64,000 nt of DNA from Candidatus Hydrogenedentales bacterium. Lineage in GTDB: Bacteria; Hydrogenedentota; Hydrogenedentia; Hydrogenedentales; SLHB01. Below, in pieces: positions 47,203-56,575 of this stretch. The notes below the pieces were generated by a model that did no database searches, had not been told where the DNA came from, and was given only the letters and a program-made list of their open reading frames with translations. Position 1 is the stretch's first letter; each line of letters opens with the position of its first letter. Location: contig JBHELB010000012.1 of NCBI GenBank assembly GCA_041859045.1, positions 32,798 through 96,797 on the forward strand, read 5' to 3'. The position numbers and the translations under genes are program-made.

Positions 47203-48975
47203 TCACCGGGCAATCGGGAACACCTGCGTCTCAAACGGGTTCAGCGTGACCTCGTGAGGGGTTTCGTCGCTGGAGAGGGTGACGCTCACGGGAGCTTTCG
47301 TGGTGTTGATGGCCAGCACCTCTTGCTTGCGCCGTGTCACCCACACACCGTCGCGAACCCCGTCACACAAAGCTCCCCGCTGCCGCAGTTCTTGCATGCA
47401 GCACTCCTCTGTGGCCGAGTCGAGCGTCAGGAAACGATAGACATTCCCTTTTCCGACGGTGGTACCCTGGGTTGTCGCACTGTTGATCCACTCCAGAGAC
47501 TGGCCGTCCACGGTCTCCGCGGCCTGGGCGGACACCCATATGAGCGCCCCTCCCTTCCGCACCCAGGCCATAAGTCGCGATGCCGTCGCCGCTTCCACCA
47601 CATGCGTGTCAATCGCAATAAGCACAGGATATTTCCTCAACGCACCGTCGCGAATCAGTTGCTCGTCGAGCACGTCGTAGTCGAACAAATCGCGCAGAGT
47701 AGAGCCCTTCTCGATCGCCGGCATGACGTTCTCGTTAAGATAGTGCAACGTCGTGGGCGCAAGAATAGCGGCCGACACCTGGCCTCGTTCGCCGGTGAAC
47801 AGCGGAAGATACCGCGTCGCGGTAGACATGTGCTTATTGAGCTCGTAACTGAACAGTCGCGATGCCCCACACGAAATGTCCGTGAAGGTGCGCAACTGGA
47901 AAAGGGATTCGTCGAGGCTCCCTGCGGCTTCGGTACGATAAGGGACGCCGTAATACGCGTAAGCGGTGCTGGTCCACTTATCGGCCCAGTACGCGCCGTG
48001 GCTATCCGCGCTTTGGAGCGTCACGCCCATGCGCGCACCCATCTTGGCGAAGCTCGGGTTGTGTGTTCCCCATGACACGGGGTTCATCCATCCGCTGTTT
48101 CCGCCGGGCTTTGCGGAAGTGCGGGCTTTGCCGAAGAGGTCCGATACGATACCGATCGAACCGCGAGAGAACTCGACCAGAGCGGCGTGATACCACCGAA
48201 CAAAATCCAACCAGCGACGACGCTCGTGTGTGTCGCGTTGGGCATAGCCAGGGATATGGTCCTCGCGCAAGACCTCTGGGAATTGAATCTCGTCAAACCG
48301 GGCGTACGAAGTGCCCCAGGCTTCGTTTAGTTTTGCGATATTCCCATAAGTCTTCTTAATAGCGCGCTGAAAGGCGGGCAAAGCGTACCGATCGCCGCAC
48401 CAGTACCGGCCATCCGGACAGTTGCCGACGTCTACCACGAAGTTCGCGTTCGGCAGTGGATAGTTGCCCTCGGCGTATGGCCCAAGCAAACAGGCGTATA
48501 CCTCTCGCAGATCCGGCATGGCTTTCCGCAGCGCCACATAGAAGCGACGATACCACTCGAGCGTGCGTGAGTCGTAGATGGAGAGCATGTAGCATTCTTC
48601 GGCGCGGGTGGAACGCATGAGCGTGATTCGCGGGTCCTTTCGTAGCCAGACTGGAGGATAGTGGCACCAGATGTACGGGATGTACACCAGCCCGGCCGCT
48701 TCTACCCTGCGCTTCACCTCGAGATGGTGAGACCAGTCCCAGATTCCTTCCTCGCGCTCAACCGCGCCCCACGCAATGTAGTCCTCATATCCCCAAAGCC
48801 CTTGCGCTTTGAGTTGCTGCAATGATTCGACGGAAGGGATTTCAGGAACGTAAGTGAGATTGGGGGCGCATCCAATGGGGGAATGACTGATGTAGTCGAC
48901 CGAAAGGTTCCCGGTCGTCAATACCGGACCGGACACCGCCGCCCCCAGTGCGGCTACAAGTCCCCAAAACAGCAT
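47203..48975 (-). CDS. secreted hypothetical protein (590 aa), possible TIM-barrel glycoside-hydrolase-like fold
   Basis: Signal peptide MLFWGLVAALGAAVSG. Trp/Tyr-rich, with EGIWDWSHHLEVKRRVEAAGLVYIPYIW. GC appears lower than the core genome (about 58%). Confidence 0.45.
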   Translation of the reverse strand: MLFWGLVAALGAAVSGPVLTTGNLSVDYISHSPIGCAPNLTYVPEIPSVESLQQLKAQGLWGYEDYIAWGAVEREEGIWDWSHHLEVKRRVEAAGLVYIPYIWCHYPPVWLRKDPRITLMRSTRAEECYMLSIYDSRTLEWYRRFYVALRKAMPDLREVYACLLGPYAEGNYPLPNANFVVDVGNCPDGRYWCGDRYALPAFQRAIKKTYGNIAKLNEAWGTSYARFDEIQFPEVLREDHIPGYAQRDTHERRRWLDFVRWYHAALVEFSRGSIGIVSDLFGKARTSAKPGGNSGWMNPVSWGTHNPSFAKMGARMGVTLQSADSHGAYWADKWTSTAYAYYGVPYRTEAAGSLDESLFQLRTFTDISCGASRLFSYELNKHMSTATRYLPLFTGERGQVSAAILAPTTLHYLNENVMPAIEKGSTLRDLFDYDVLDEQLIRDGALRKYPVLIAIDTHVVEAATASRLMAWVRKGGALIWVSAQAAETVDGQSLEWINSATTQGTTVGKGNVYRFLTLDSATEECCMQELRQRGALCDGVRDGVWVTRRKQEVLAINTTKAPVSVTLSSDETPHEVTLNPFETQVFPIAR

Positions 48976-49033
48976 ACAGGCTCTCCCATAGTCTATGGGC
49001 TACGCACCCCTGCTTTAGTTTAAGTCACATGGC

Positions 49034-49765
49034 TCACGAAATTCGAGGATTTCGGAGAATCGATCGCTTCAGTTCCTCGACGAAAAGGACCGGCGAAGTT
49101 CGATGCAGCATCGCGTGGCAGTTGGGGCACACCGGTCTCAAGTCGCGGACGGGATCGACGACATACTCCGCATTTATCTCCGCGAGAGGAATGACATGAT
49201 GCACATGAATATAATCCCGTCCAAGCTCGCCGTAGACGAACTCAAAAGAAAAACCGCATATCCAGCACGAGCAGCCGTAATGCTCTATGCATTTTCGCCG
49301 CGCAAGTGCACTGCGCTCATACAGATTGACCATAACGGAAAACATCATCCCTTCGCGCAAAGGCTCGTCTTCCGCAACATCTTCCGCAATATCGTCCGCG
49401 TGAAAATCAAGCAGCGCATCTTGATCAAGTTGCGTCTTCTGAATAGCAGCGACTAGTTCCGGCAAGAGACGCCACGTGCATGCTACGCCATCCCAGACGG
49501 ATATAACCGAAAACCAACTAGGCGCTTTCGGGAATGCATAGTGCGGCGGCAAAATGCCTGTATATTGCGAAATCACTCTTGCGGCATTGCCGATAATATT
49601 ATTTGCGGGAGAATGGCTGGAGTACCCGAGCAAGGCCGCCACTTGTCCCGCCGTCGCTTCATGTCCTGGAAACGAATACAACGCCCAAATAGCGTTTCGT
49701 TGAAGTTCACTCAAAGGCGCGTGCTGCAGCGCGTCAATGAACTGCTCGGTCGAAGGCGTCGCCAT
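49034..49765 (-). CDS. HNH endonuclease-domain protein (McrA-like; candidate type IV modification-dependent nuclease)
   Basis: C-terminal CIEHYGCSCWICGF...YIHVHHVIPLAEINAEY...LRPVCPNCHAMLH gives a CxxC...HH...N...CxxC HNH zinc-finger nuclease motif. The N-terminal ~150 aa are unrecognised. The region is low-GC. Start trimmed to MATPSTEQF. Confidence 0.65.
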   Translation of the reverse strand: MATPSTEQFIDALQHAPLSELQRNAIWALYSFPGHEATAGQVAALLGYSSHSPANNIIGNAARVISQYTGILPPHYAFPKAPSWFSVISVWDGVACTWRLLPELVAAIQKTQLDQDALLDFHADDIAEDVAEDEPLREGMMFSVMVNLYERSALARRKCIEHYGCSCWICGFSFEFVYGELGRDYIHVHHVIPLAEINAEYVVDPVRDLRPVCPNCHAMLHRTSPVLFVEELKRSILRNPRIS

Positions 49766-49980
49766 TGTCTTTTTCGCTCCTAGTGCGTTCCACCAAAAAT
49801 GACCGCCGCAAAACGCCTCCGAATCAAGCGAATGCGGCCAACAATTAACTCCGGTAAGCATAGCAGATTAGGCAAATAGGCGACTGAGAAAGAGGATGCC
49901 TCCGCACAGGGACGTAGGAGACCGCCAGCCCTTCGCGGATGCGATGGCCTCCTCTGGAGGTTTGGCCCCCCCTTCCGAGG

Positions 49981-50009
49981 TTTGACAACACCGGCGGGGT
50001 TTGGTACTT
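49981..50009 (+). promoter_or_regulatory. candidate serA promoter (TTGACA-17-TACTTT) embedded in a triplicated GAGGTTTG motif
   Basis: TTGACA at 49981-49986, TACTTT at 50004-50009. GAGGTTTG occurs at about 49956, 49975 and 50109. Confidence 0.3.
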
Positions 50010-50122
50010 TCGCCAGTCATAGTGGCCGCGAATTTCCTGCAGTTGAAGGGGGATTCGCCGCATGGAGCGGCCGGGCTTGGGGCTCGGCGAAAACGTGCCG
50101 TCAGCGGGAGGTTTGAACCGTC

Positions 50123-51700
50123 ATGCCCAAGATTCTCGTGCTCGATAATCTCAGCGAAGAAGGCGTTGCCGTATTCCGCCAAGCGGGTTTCGAGGTAGAT
50201 GTTAAGCCTCCGCAGAAACCGGACGAGTTGGCGGCAATCATCGGGGACTACGACGGCCTTGTCGTGCGCAGCGCCACCAAGGTAACCCCTGAGGCCCTCG
50301 TTTCGCCGGGCAAGCTGAAGGTCATCGGGCGCGCGGGCGCGGGCACGGACAATATCGACAAGGACGCCGCCACGAAACAGGGCATCGTCGTGATGAACAC
50401 GCCGGGCGGCAACACGATCTCGACATGCGAACACACCTTTGCGCTGCTGTTCGCGCTGTGCCGCAATGTGCCCAAGGCCCACGTCTCGATGATGGAAGGC
50501 CGTTGGGACCGCAAGAAATTCATGGGCGCCGAACTCTACGGCAAGACGCTGGGCATTATCGGCGTGGGCCGGATCGGCGGCGAAGTGGCCAAGCGCGCGC
50601 AGGCGTTTGAAATGAAGGTGCTCGCGTATGACCCGCTGCTGACGCAGCTCAAGGCCGAGGCGCTCGGCGTCGAACTGGTGAGCGTCGAGGAACTCGTCGA
50701 ACGCGCGGATTTCATCAGCATCCACGCGCCGAAGACGGAAAAGACAAATAATCTCGTCACGCTCGATGTGCTCAAGAAGATGAAGCCGACCTGCCGTATC
50801 GTCAATTGCGCCCGCGGCGGCATCGTTAACGAGGCCGACCTCGCCACGGCGCTGAAAGAGAAGATCATCGCCGGGGCCGCGCTCGACGTGTACACGTCTG
50901 AACCGTTTGAGAATAATCCGTTCCTCGGACTCGACAATATCATTATGACTCCGCACCTGGCGGCCTCGACCGATGAGGCGCAGTTGACGGTGGCCGTGGA
51001 TGTTGCGCGTCAGATGGTCGAGTACTTGACCACCGGCGCGATCGTAAATGCGGTGAACGTGCCCAGCCTCGACAGCGAGCAGCGCAAGGCGCTCCAGCCG
51101 TTGATTTTCCTTGCCGAACGCGTTGGCAAGTTTCAGTCGCTCTACACCCAGGGCAAGCCGCAGTCCATCGAGGTCGAATACCTCGGCGACCTCGGCGTCA
51201 CCGACACGTACCCGATCACCGCGTCCGTGCTTGTCGGATTCCTGTCACCCACCGTCGAGACCGTCAACATGGTCAGCGCCCCGGCCCTGCTCCAGCGCCA
51301 CGGCATCGAGTTTAAGGAGACGCGCAGCCCGCGCATCACCAACTACGCTTTCGAAATCTGCGTCAAGGTGGTGACCGATACGGAGGCCCACAGCGTTTCC
51401 GGCACCTTGTTCAACAACAACGACCCGCGCATCTGCGTCATCGACGGCACCCGCGTCGACGCCGTGCCGGAAGGGTGGATGTTGGTGTGCATCAACGACG
51501 ACAAGCCGCTCATCATCGGCCGCGTCGCGACGCTTATCGGCGAGGCAGGCGTCAACATCGCCAACCTTGTCCTTGGCCGTGACGAACGCGGTGGGCGCGC
51601 CGCCACCATCCTGAATCTCGACGATTGCCTCTCCGACGATCTCATGGAGAAGATTCGTAAAGTTCCCCACGTCAACCAGGCCCGCCTCTTGCAGTTGTGA
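50123..51700 (+). CDS. serA: D-3-phosphoglycerate dehydrogenase
   Basis: 525 aa. MPKILVLDNLSEEG start. NAD-binding GIIGVGRIGGEVA. C-terminal ACT domain. RBS GGGAGG. Confidence 0.9.
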   Translation: MPKILVLDNLSEEGVAVFRQAGFEVDVKPPQKPDELAAIIGDYDGLVVRSATKVTPEALVSPGKLKVIGRAGAGTDNIDKDAATKQGIVVMNTPGGNTISTCEHTFALLFALCRNVPKAHVSMMEGRWDRKKFMGAELYGKTLGIIGVGRIGGEVAKRAQAFEMKVLAYDPLLTQLKAEALGVELVSVEELVERADFISIHAPKTEKTNNLVTLDVLKKMKPTCRIVNCARGGIVNEADLATALKEKIIAGAALDVYTSEPFENNPFLGLDNIIMTPHLAASTDEAQLTVAVDVARQMVEYLTTGAIVNAVNVPSLDSEQRKALQPLIFLAERVGKFQSLYTQGKPQSIEVEYLGDLGVTDTYPITASVLVGFLSPTVETVNMVSAPALLQRHGIEFKETRSPRITNYAFEICVKVVTDTEAHSVSGTLFNNNDPRICVIDGTRVDAVPEGWMLVCINDDKPLIIGRVATLIGEAGVNIANLVLGRDERGGRAATILNLDDCLSDDLMEKIRKVPHVNQARLLQL

Positions 51701-51739
51701 GGCAGGCGACGGGATATGGACATATCCTTGGAGTGAGGG

Positions 51740-52150
51740 GTGGTGGACACGCTGAGCGTCGAAGACCGCAGCCGCACAATGGCGAGCATCCGGGGAAAGG
51801 ACACGATCCCGGAAAGGAAAGTGCGCAGCGCTCTTCACGGCTTGGGATATCGGTACAGGCTACATGTGGCTGATCTGCCTGGAAAGCCCGATATCGTTTT
51901 TCCAAACCGCATGAAGCTGGTCTTTGTTCATGGATGTTTCTGGCATAGCCACCAATGCAGGGGCGGGCGCAATCGCCCTGTAACGAATGTTGACTATTGG
52001 AGTGAAAAGCTGCATAAGAATGTAGAGCGAGATAGGCGTAATATCCGGCGCCTTCGCCGCCTTGGGTGGGGTGTTTTGGTGGTTTGGGAATGCCAGACGA
52101 GGGATATGAGCAAAGTCGTGAGTAGGCTTCTCCGTTTTTTGGAAGGTTGA
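51740..52150 (+). CDS. vsr: very-short-patch repair endonuclease
   Basis: 136 aa. RGKDTIPERKVRSALHGLGYRYRLHVADLPGKPDIVFPNRMKLVFVHGCFWHSH is the canonical Vsr block. Confidence 0.85.
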   Translation: MVDTLSVEDRSRTMASIRGKDTIPERKVRSALHGLGYRYRLHVADLPGKPDIVFPNRMKLVFVHGCFWHSHQCRGGRNRPVTNVDYWSEKLHKNVERDRRNIRRLRRLGWGVLVVWECQTRDMSKVVSRLLRFLEG

Positions 52151-52156
52151 CCTAAG

Positions 52157-53314
52157 ATGTCGAGCCGACGTCTCAGCTACTATGAGTTCTTCGCCGGAGC
52201 GGGCATGGCCCGGCTGGGACTCGGCACGCGTTGGGAATGCACTTTTTCTAACGATTTTTCTGAGAAGAAAGCGACTTCCTACCGCCTTAACTTTGCTCCA
52301 GCAAACGAATTCCGTTGCCAAGACGTGGCAACGTTGCGTTCCGCCGATCTTCCTGGGCACCCCCATATGGCGTGGGCGTCTTTTCCATGCCAAGACTTGT
52401 CTCTAGCAGGAACTCGCAGGGGGCTTGACGGTGAACGAAGCGGAACATTTCGGTCTTTTTGGCATTTGATGAAGAATATGACCGACGAAGGTCGCGGCGT
52501 ACCACTCATCGTACTGGAAAACGTTCCTGGTGCCATAACCTCAAACAATGGCGCCGATTTTCGCGAGCTTGTGAGCACGCTTGTTGAGGCGCAATACCGT
52601 GTTGGCGCAATGGTAATGGATGCAGCGTTGTTTCTTCCTCAGTCCCGAGCGCGCCTTTTCGTTGTGGCCATTCAAAAGAACGTGGCGTTTTCCAAACGTG
52701 TATGCGATGTTCAGCCCGTGCCGTGGTGGCATCCCAAGACGCTTGTGGACGCTTACCAAACGCTTTCGAGGCAGGCGCAGAGAGAGTGGGCATGGTGGTC
52801 TCTGCCGTTACCTTCGAAAAGGCCGATCGAGCTGGCTTCGCTAATCGAGGAAAATCCTTCCGGAGTCGAATGGGACTCTCCTGAGCAGACGCAGCATTTG
52901 CTCGCGTTGATGTCCGAGCGAAATCTCGAAAAAGTCCGCCAGGCGCAAGAACTGGGCAGGCGGATCATAGGAACTCTCTATCGGAGAACCAGATTAACGC
53001 CAAGCGGTGATCGTGTTCAGCGCGCGGAAGTGCGATTTGACCAGATCGCCGGCTGTCTTCGGACGCCGGCTGGCGGCTCAAGCCGTCAACGGCTGCTGAT
53101 CGTCGAGGGAAACTCGATTCGTTCACGCCTGATCTCCGCAAGAGAAGTTGCTCGATTGATGGGCGTTCCTGATACATACACGCTTCCAAGGGACTACAAC
53201 GAAGCCTACCATCTCATGGGCGACGGTTTGGCCGTTCCAGTAGTCGCGTGGCTTGAGTCCCACTTGCTGCGTTCTTTGGCGCAATCCGCAAAACGTTTGC
53301 TGGAGGCCGCTTAG
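52157..53314 (+). CDS. dcm: DNA (cytosine-5)-methyltransferase
   Basis: Motif I FFAGAGMARLG, motif IV FPCQDLSLAG (PC) and motif VI ENVPG. 385 aa. Confidence 0.9.
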   Translation: MSSRRLSYYEFFAGAGMARLGLGTRWECTFSNDFSEKKATSYRLNFAPANEFRCQDVATLRSADLPGHPHMAWASFPCQDLSLAGTRRGLDGERSGTFRSFWHLMKNMTDEGRGVPLIVLENVPGAITSNNGADFRELVSTLVEAQYRVGAMVMDAALFLPQSRARLFVVAIQKNVAFSKRVCDVQPVPWWHPKTLVDAYQTLSRQAQREWAWWSLPLPSKRPIELASLIEENPSGVEWDSPEQTQHLLALMSERNLEKVRQAQELGRRIIGTLYRRTRLTPSGDRVQRAEVRFDQIAGCLRTPAGGSSRQRLLIVEGNSIRSRLISAREVARLMGVPDTYTLPRDYNEAYHLMGDGLAVPVVAWLESHLLRSLAQSAKRLLEAA

Positions 53315-54198
53315 TGAGTAAGCCCAAGGAACCAGCAATAATCCCATGTGTTTCCTCTCCAGAAACTCAAAAGCGCATAAAGGATTACATTCAAGCCCTC
53401 AAAGAGCATGCTCACGAAATTGGAGATCATGGCCTTAGCAAGACTGAATTTCATGATTCCGGTCTCTTTCGAAGCGCCATAGAGAGCATTCGCGGAACGC
53501 TTGCTGCGACCACGAGAGAAAAACGCTCGTTTACGGAAGCGATCCTCGAAGAATTACGCCAACGCGGCGAAATTGCCGAATGGGAATTTACTGGCGCAGG
53601 AGAGCGACATGACTACAGTGTTCGCACGAAGAACGGGCGGATCGTAATCATCGAGACAAAAGGGTGTTTGGACGGAAACAACACCAATATCTTTGAGCGT
53701 CCACCGCAGGCAGACGAATTCATAATCTGGTCTTTGTGTCAAAACCCCGGCGCCGATCCACGTAAGAATGCATGGTCGGGGATACATACTCGGTTGAGCG
53801 CGGAGATTATTCACCGTCAGCAACGAGTTGACGGATTGGTTATTTGGGACATGCTTTGCGGCACGGTAGGACGCCCTTGCCCGAAGACAGACAAAGAGAC
53901 GAAACGACTGACGAGGAACTCAAACGAGAAACGGCTGCCGCCGCCCTGTCTGTATCTTTTCCCGCGAAGTCTCCCGGATGCGAGAAACAATCCCGCTCCG
54001 GAAGTGCATAAGCTTCGAGACGTCGCTTTTCTAAATGCGCTATCCCGCGTTTTTGGCGCGGATTCCTCAAGCGTTGTCGAGGTGCACATTGAAGCGCGCA
54101 TGGAGGGCGCGGACGTGCAGCGAAGAACGCGATTTGTCCGAGGAAAGGCCGAGATCGCTGTTTCCGAGTGGACGAAGGTAAACCGGGCAAGAAGATAG
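53314..54198 (+). CDS. hypothetical protein, candidate PD-(D/E)xK type II restriction endonuclease partner of the dcm-type methyltransferase
   Basis: GTG start overlaps the MTase stop (TAGTG). HDYSVRTKNGRIVIIETKGC contains a D...E-x-K-like arrangement. Lowest GC in the window (about 45-50%). No other family recognised. Confidence 0.45.
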   Translation: MSKPKEPAIIPCVSSPETQKRIKDYIQALKEHAHEIGDHGLSKTEFHDSGLFRSAIESIRGTLAATTREKRSFTEAILEELRQRGEIAEWEFTGAGERHDYSVRTKNGRIVIIETKGCLDGNNTNIFERPPQADEFIIWSLCQNPGADPRKNAWSGIHTRLSAEIIHRQQRVDGLVIWDMLCGTVGRPCPKTDKETKRLTRNSNEKRLPPPCLYLFPRSLPDARNNPAPEVHKLRDVAFLNALSRVFGADSSSVVEVHIEARMEGADVQRRTRFVRGKAEIAVSEWTKVNRARR

Positions 54199-54334
54199 CA
54201 CTGTACAAGGCCTTGGCTGAACAGGTAAACTTCACCCGCTGCGCCGATCCGGCGTTCGCTAAATTAATATCGTTACTTCGGCAATGGTTTCCTGAAGCCA
54301 ATCGCATGTAGTACAACGCCAAGAGGGAGACTGC

Positions 54335-55573
54335 ATGATGTCTAGCTACCAGTTCGCGAAGGTTCCGGCAGGCGAGAAGATCACGGCGCGGAAGGACGGC
54401 ACGCTTGATACGCCGGACCGGCCGATTGTGCCGTTCATCGAGGGCGATGGCACGGGGCCGGATATCTGGCGCGCGTCGCAGCTCGTGTTCGATGCGGCGG
54501 TGAAGCATTGCTACGGCGGCAAGCGTGAAATCGCGTGGATGGAAGTGTACGCGGGCGAGAAGGCGAATCAGGTCTGCGGCACGTATCTGCCCGATGAGAC
54601 GCTTCAGGCCATCCAGGAGTTCCTGGTCGGCATCAAGGGGCCGCTGACGACGCCGGTCGGCGGCGGGTTCCGCAGTCTGAACGTCACGCTGCGGCAGAAA
54701 CTCGATCTGTTTGCGTGCGTACGGCCCGTGCGCTGGTTCGAGGGCGTGCCGAGCCCGGTCAAGGAACCGGAAAAGGTGGACATGGTCATCTTCCGCGAAA
54801 ACACGGAAGACGTCTATGCCGGGCTCGAGGTCGAGGAAGGCTCCGAGAGCGCGAAAAAGCTGCTCGGCTTTCTCAAGCAGGAATATGGATGGGACATTCG
54901 CCCCGATTCGGGCATCGGCATCAAGCCGATCAGCCGCACCGGCACGCAGCGCATCGTTCGCGCCGCGCTGAACTACGCGGTCAAGCACGGGCGTAAGTCG
55001 GTCACCATCGTCCACAAGGGCAACATCCAGAAGTTCACCGAGGGCGCGTTCCGCAAGTGGGGCTACGAGTTGGTCAAGGCGGAGTTCGCGGACAAGGCGG
55101 TGGGCTGGGACGACTGCGGCGGCAATCCCGGGGATAAAATCCTGGTGAAGGACGCGATCGCGGACATTTTCTTGCAGCAAATTCTCACGCGTCCGAGCGA
55201 GTTCGACGTGGTGGTGACGATGAATCTGAACGGCGACTACATGAGCGACGCCCTGGCGGCTCAGGTCGGCGGTATCGGAATCGCCCCGGGGGCGAACATC
55301 AACTACGAAACAGGGGCATCTATCTTCGAGGCCACCCACGGCACGGCGCCAAAATACGCGAATCTGGACAAAGTAAACCCGTGCAGCGTAATCCTGTCGG
55401 GCCTGATGATGTTCGAGCATATGGGCTGGCCCGAGGTCACGGAAGTGGTCACGGCGGCCTTGGTAAAGACGTTCCGGTCCAAAGTGGTAACCTACGATTT
55501 TGCTCGTTTAATGACGGGCGCGCAAGAGGTTAAGTGTAGTGAGTTTGGGCGGGAGATTGTGAGAAATCTATAA
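54335..55573 (+). CDS. icd: NADP-dependent isocitrate dehydrogenase
   Basis: 412 aa. [34 protein letters not shown] and [26 protein letters not shown] blocks. Confidence 0.9.
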   Translation: MMSSYQFAKVPAGEKITARKDGTLDTPDRPIVPFIEGDGTGPDIWRASQLVFDAAVKHCYGGKREIAWMEVYAGEKANQVCGTYLPDETLQAIQEFLVGIKGPLTTPVGGGFRSLNVTLRQKLDLFACVRPVRWFEGVPSPVKEPEKVDMVIFRENTEDVYAGLEVEEGSESAKKLLGFLKQEYGWDIRPDSGIGIKPISRTGTQRIVRAALNYAVKHGRKSVTIVHKGNIQKFTEGAFRKWGYELVKAEFADKAVGWDDCGGNPGDKILVKDAIADIFLQQILTRPSEFDVVVTMNLNGDYMSDALAAQVGGIGIAPGANINYETGASIFEATHGTAPKYANLDKVNPCSVILSGLMMFEHMGWPEVTEVVTAALVKTFRSKVVTYDFARLMTGAQEVKCSEFGREIVRNL

Positions 55574-55678
55574 AAACTAGCAGGACCGGCGGCAATTTCG
55601 ACCTTTGCGGAATTGCACATTGACGTCTCCTTGATTTTCTGTTAGCATTAGCAGGGACGACACAAGGGGGATAGCGTT

Positions 55679-56446
55679 ATGGGACCGGTCTTGTCGGACG
55701 TACAACGCATGCAAAGCGACCTTGATCTGACGACGCCGGAGGCGCACGCGCGGCTCGCGCGACTGTACCGTTACGCCCAGGTAGGACGCTGCGTAAGCAG
55801 CGTGACGCACGATGTGAACAACTTTCTTGGCGCCATCCTGGCATACGTGGAACTGATTGAGTTGGACAGCACTTTGACGCCGGAATCGACCCGCATGGTG
55901 CAGGAGATCGTGAACGCCGTGCGGAAATCGAGCGCGTTGGTGAACAATTTGACGGATGTCTCGCGGCGCGAGCGCATGGATCTGCGGATGACGGATTCGG
56001 CGCAGTTGATGGAACGCGTGCTTGACCTTCGCCGTTACGATATGAAGGTTGCTCAGGTTGGGCTGAAGACAGACTATGCAACCAGCTTGCCCACGCTGTT
56101 GATCGATCTGCCGAAAGTGGAGCAATCGCTTATCTACCTTGTCAGCAACGCCATCGAAAACGTCGCGGGAATGGAACGTCGTCAAGTGCATGTGACGGTG
56201 ACGCCGAGTGGAGACGGGGTGGAGTTTGTGGTGTTCGATTCGGGCGAACCGGTTCCCGGGGAAAACCGCGAGCACATATTCGAACCGTTTTTCACGACCA
56301 AAGAGGCCGAACACGTTGGCCTAGGGCTGACCATCGCGCGGGAAACCGCGCGGTTGCACGACGGCGATCTGGTCTATGAGCCCGATCGCGGATTCGTGAT
56401 GCGGCTGCCCAAACAGAATTCTCTCGCCTCAAAAGCCGTAGGGTAA
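55679..56446 (+). CDS. soluble histidine kinase core (HisKA + HATPase_c) without a sensor domain
   Basis: H-box SVTHDVNNFLGAILAYVELIEL. N/G boxes VSNAIENV and EPFFTTKEAEHVGLGLTIARE. 255 aa, no TM helix. Confidence 0.75.
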   Translation: MGPVLSDVQRMQSDLDLTTPEAHARLARLYRYAQVGRCVSSVTHDVNNFLGAILAYVELIELDSTLTPESTRMVQEIVNAVRKSSALVNNLTDVSRRERMDLRMTDSAQLMERVLDLRRYDMKVAQVGLKTDYATSLPTLLIDLPKVEQSLIYLVSNAIENVAGMERRQVHVTVTPSGDGVEFVVFDSGEPVPGENREHIFEPFFTTKEAEHVGLGLTIARETARLHDGDLVYEPDRGFVMRLPKQNSLASKAVG

Positions 56447-56461
56447 GCGACTAAAGAACAG

Positions 56462-56514
56462 AACAATCGGGGAGTCTCCTCTTGGAGAAGACTCCCCGAT
56501 TGTTATTTTTTCTT
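56462..56514. terminator. strong bidirectional intrinsic terminator between the convergent HK and flavodoxin genes
   Basis: About 16-bp perfect stem AACAATCGGGGAGTCT / AGACTCCCCGATTGTT with further pairing inside. Followed by TATTTTTTCTT on the + strand and preceded by an A/T-rich run (a U-tract on the - strand). Confidence 0.7.
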
Positions 56515-56575
56515 ACGCATTACGCAATCTCAGACGAATGCGCATTCTAGCGAGCGATGGTGTCGCCCAAACGCG

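Noticed and set aside
49868-50956. 362-aa minus-strand ORF overlapping the serA 5' half
   Set aside because: serA on the plus strand is unambiguous (NAD-binding and ACT domains, good RBS). The minus ORF starts in the serA leader and has no motifs.
53840-55420. 526-aa minus-strand ORF opposite icd and the REase-like gene
   Set aside because: It is antisense to isocitrate dehydrogenase with canonical blocks, and it crosses a gene boundary.
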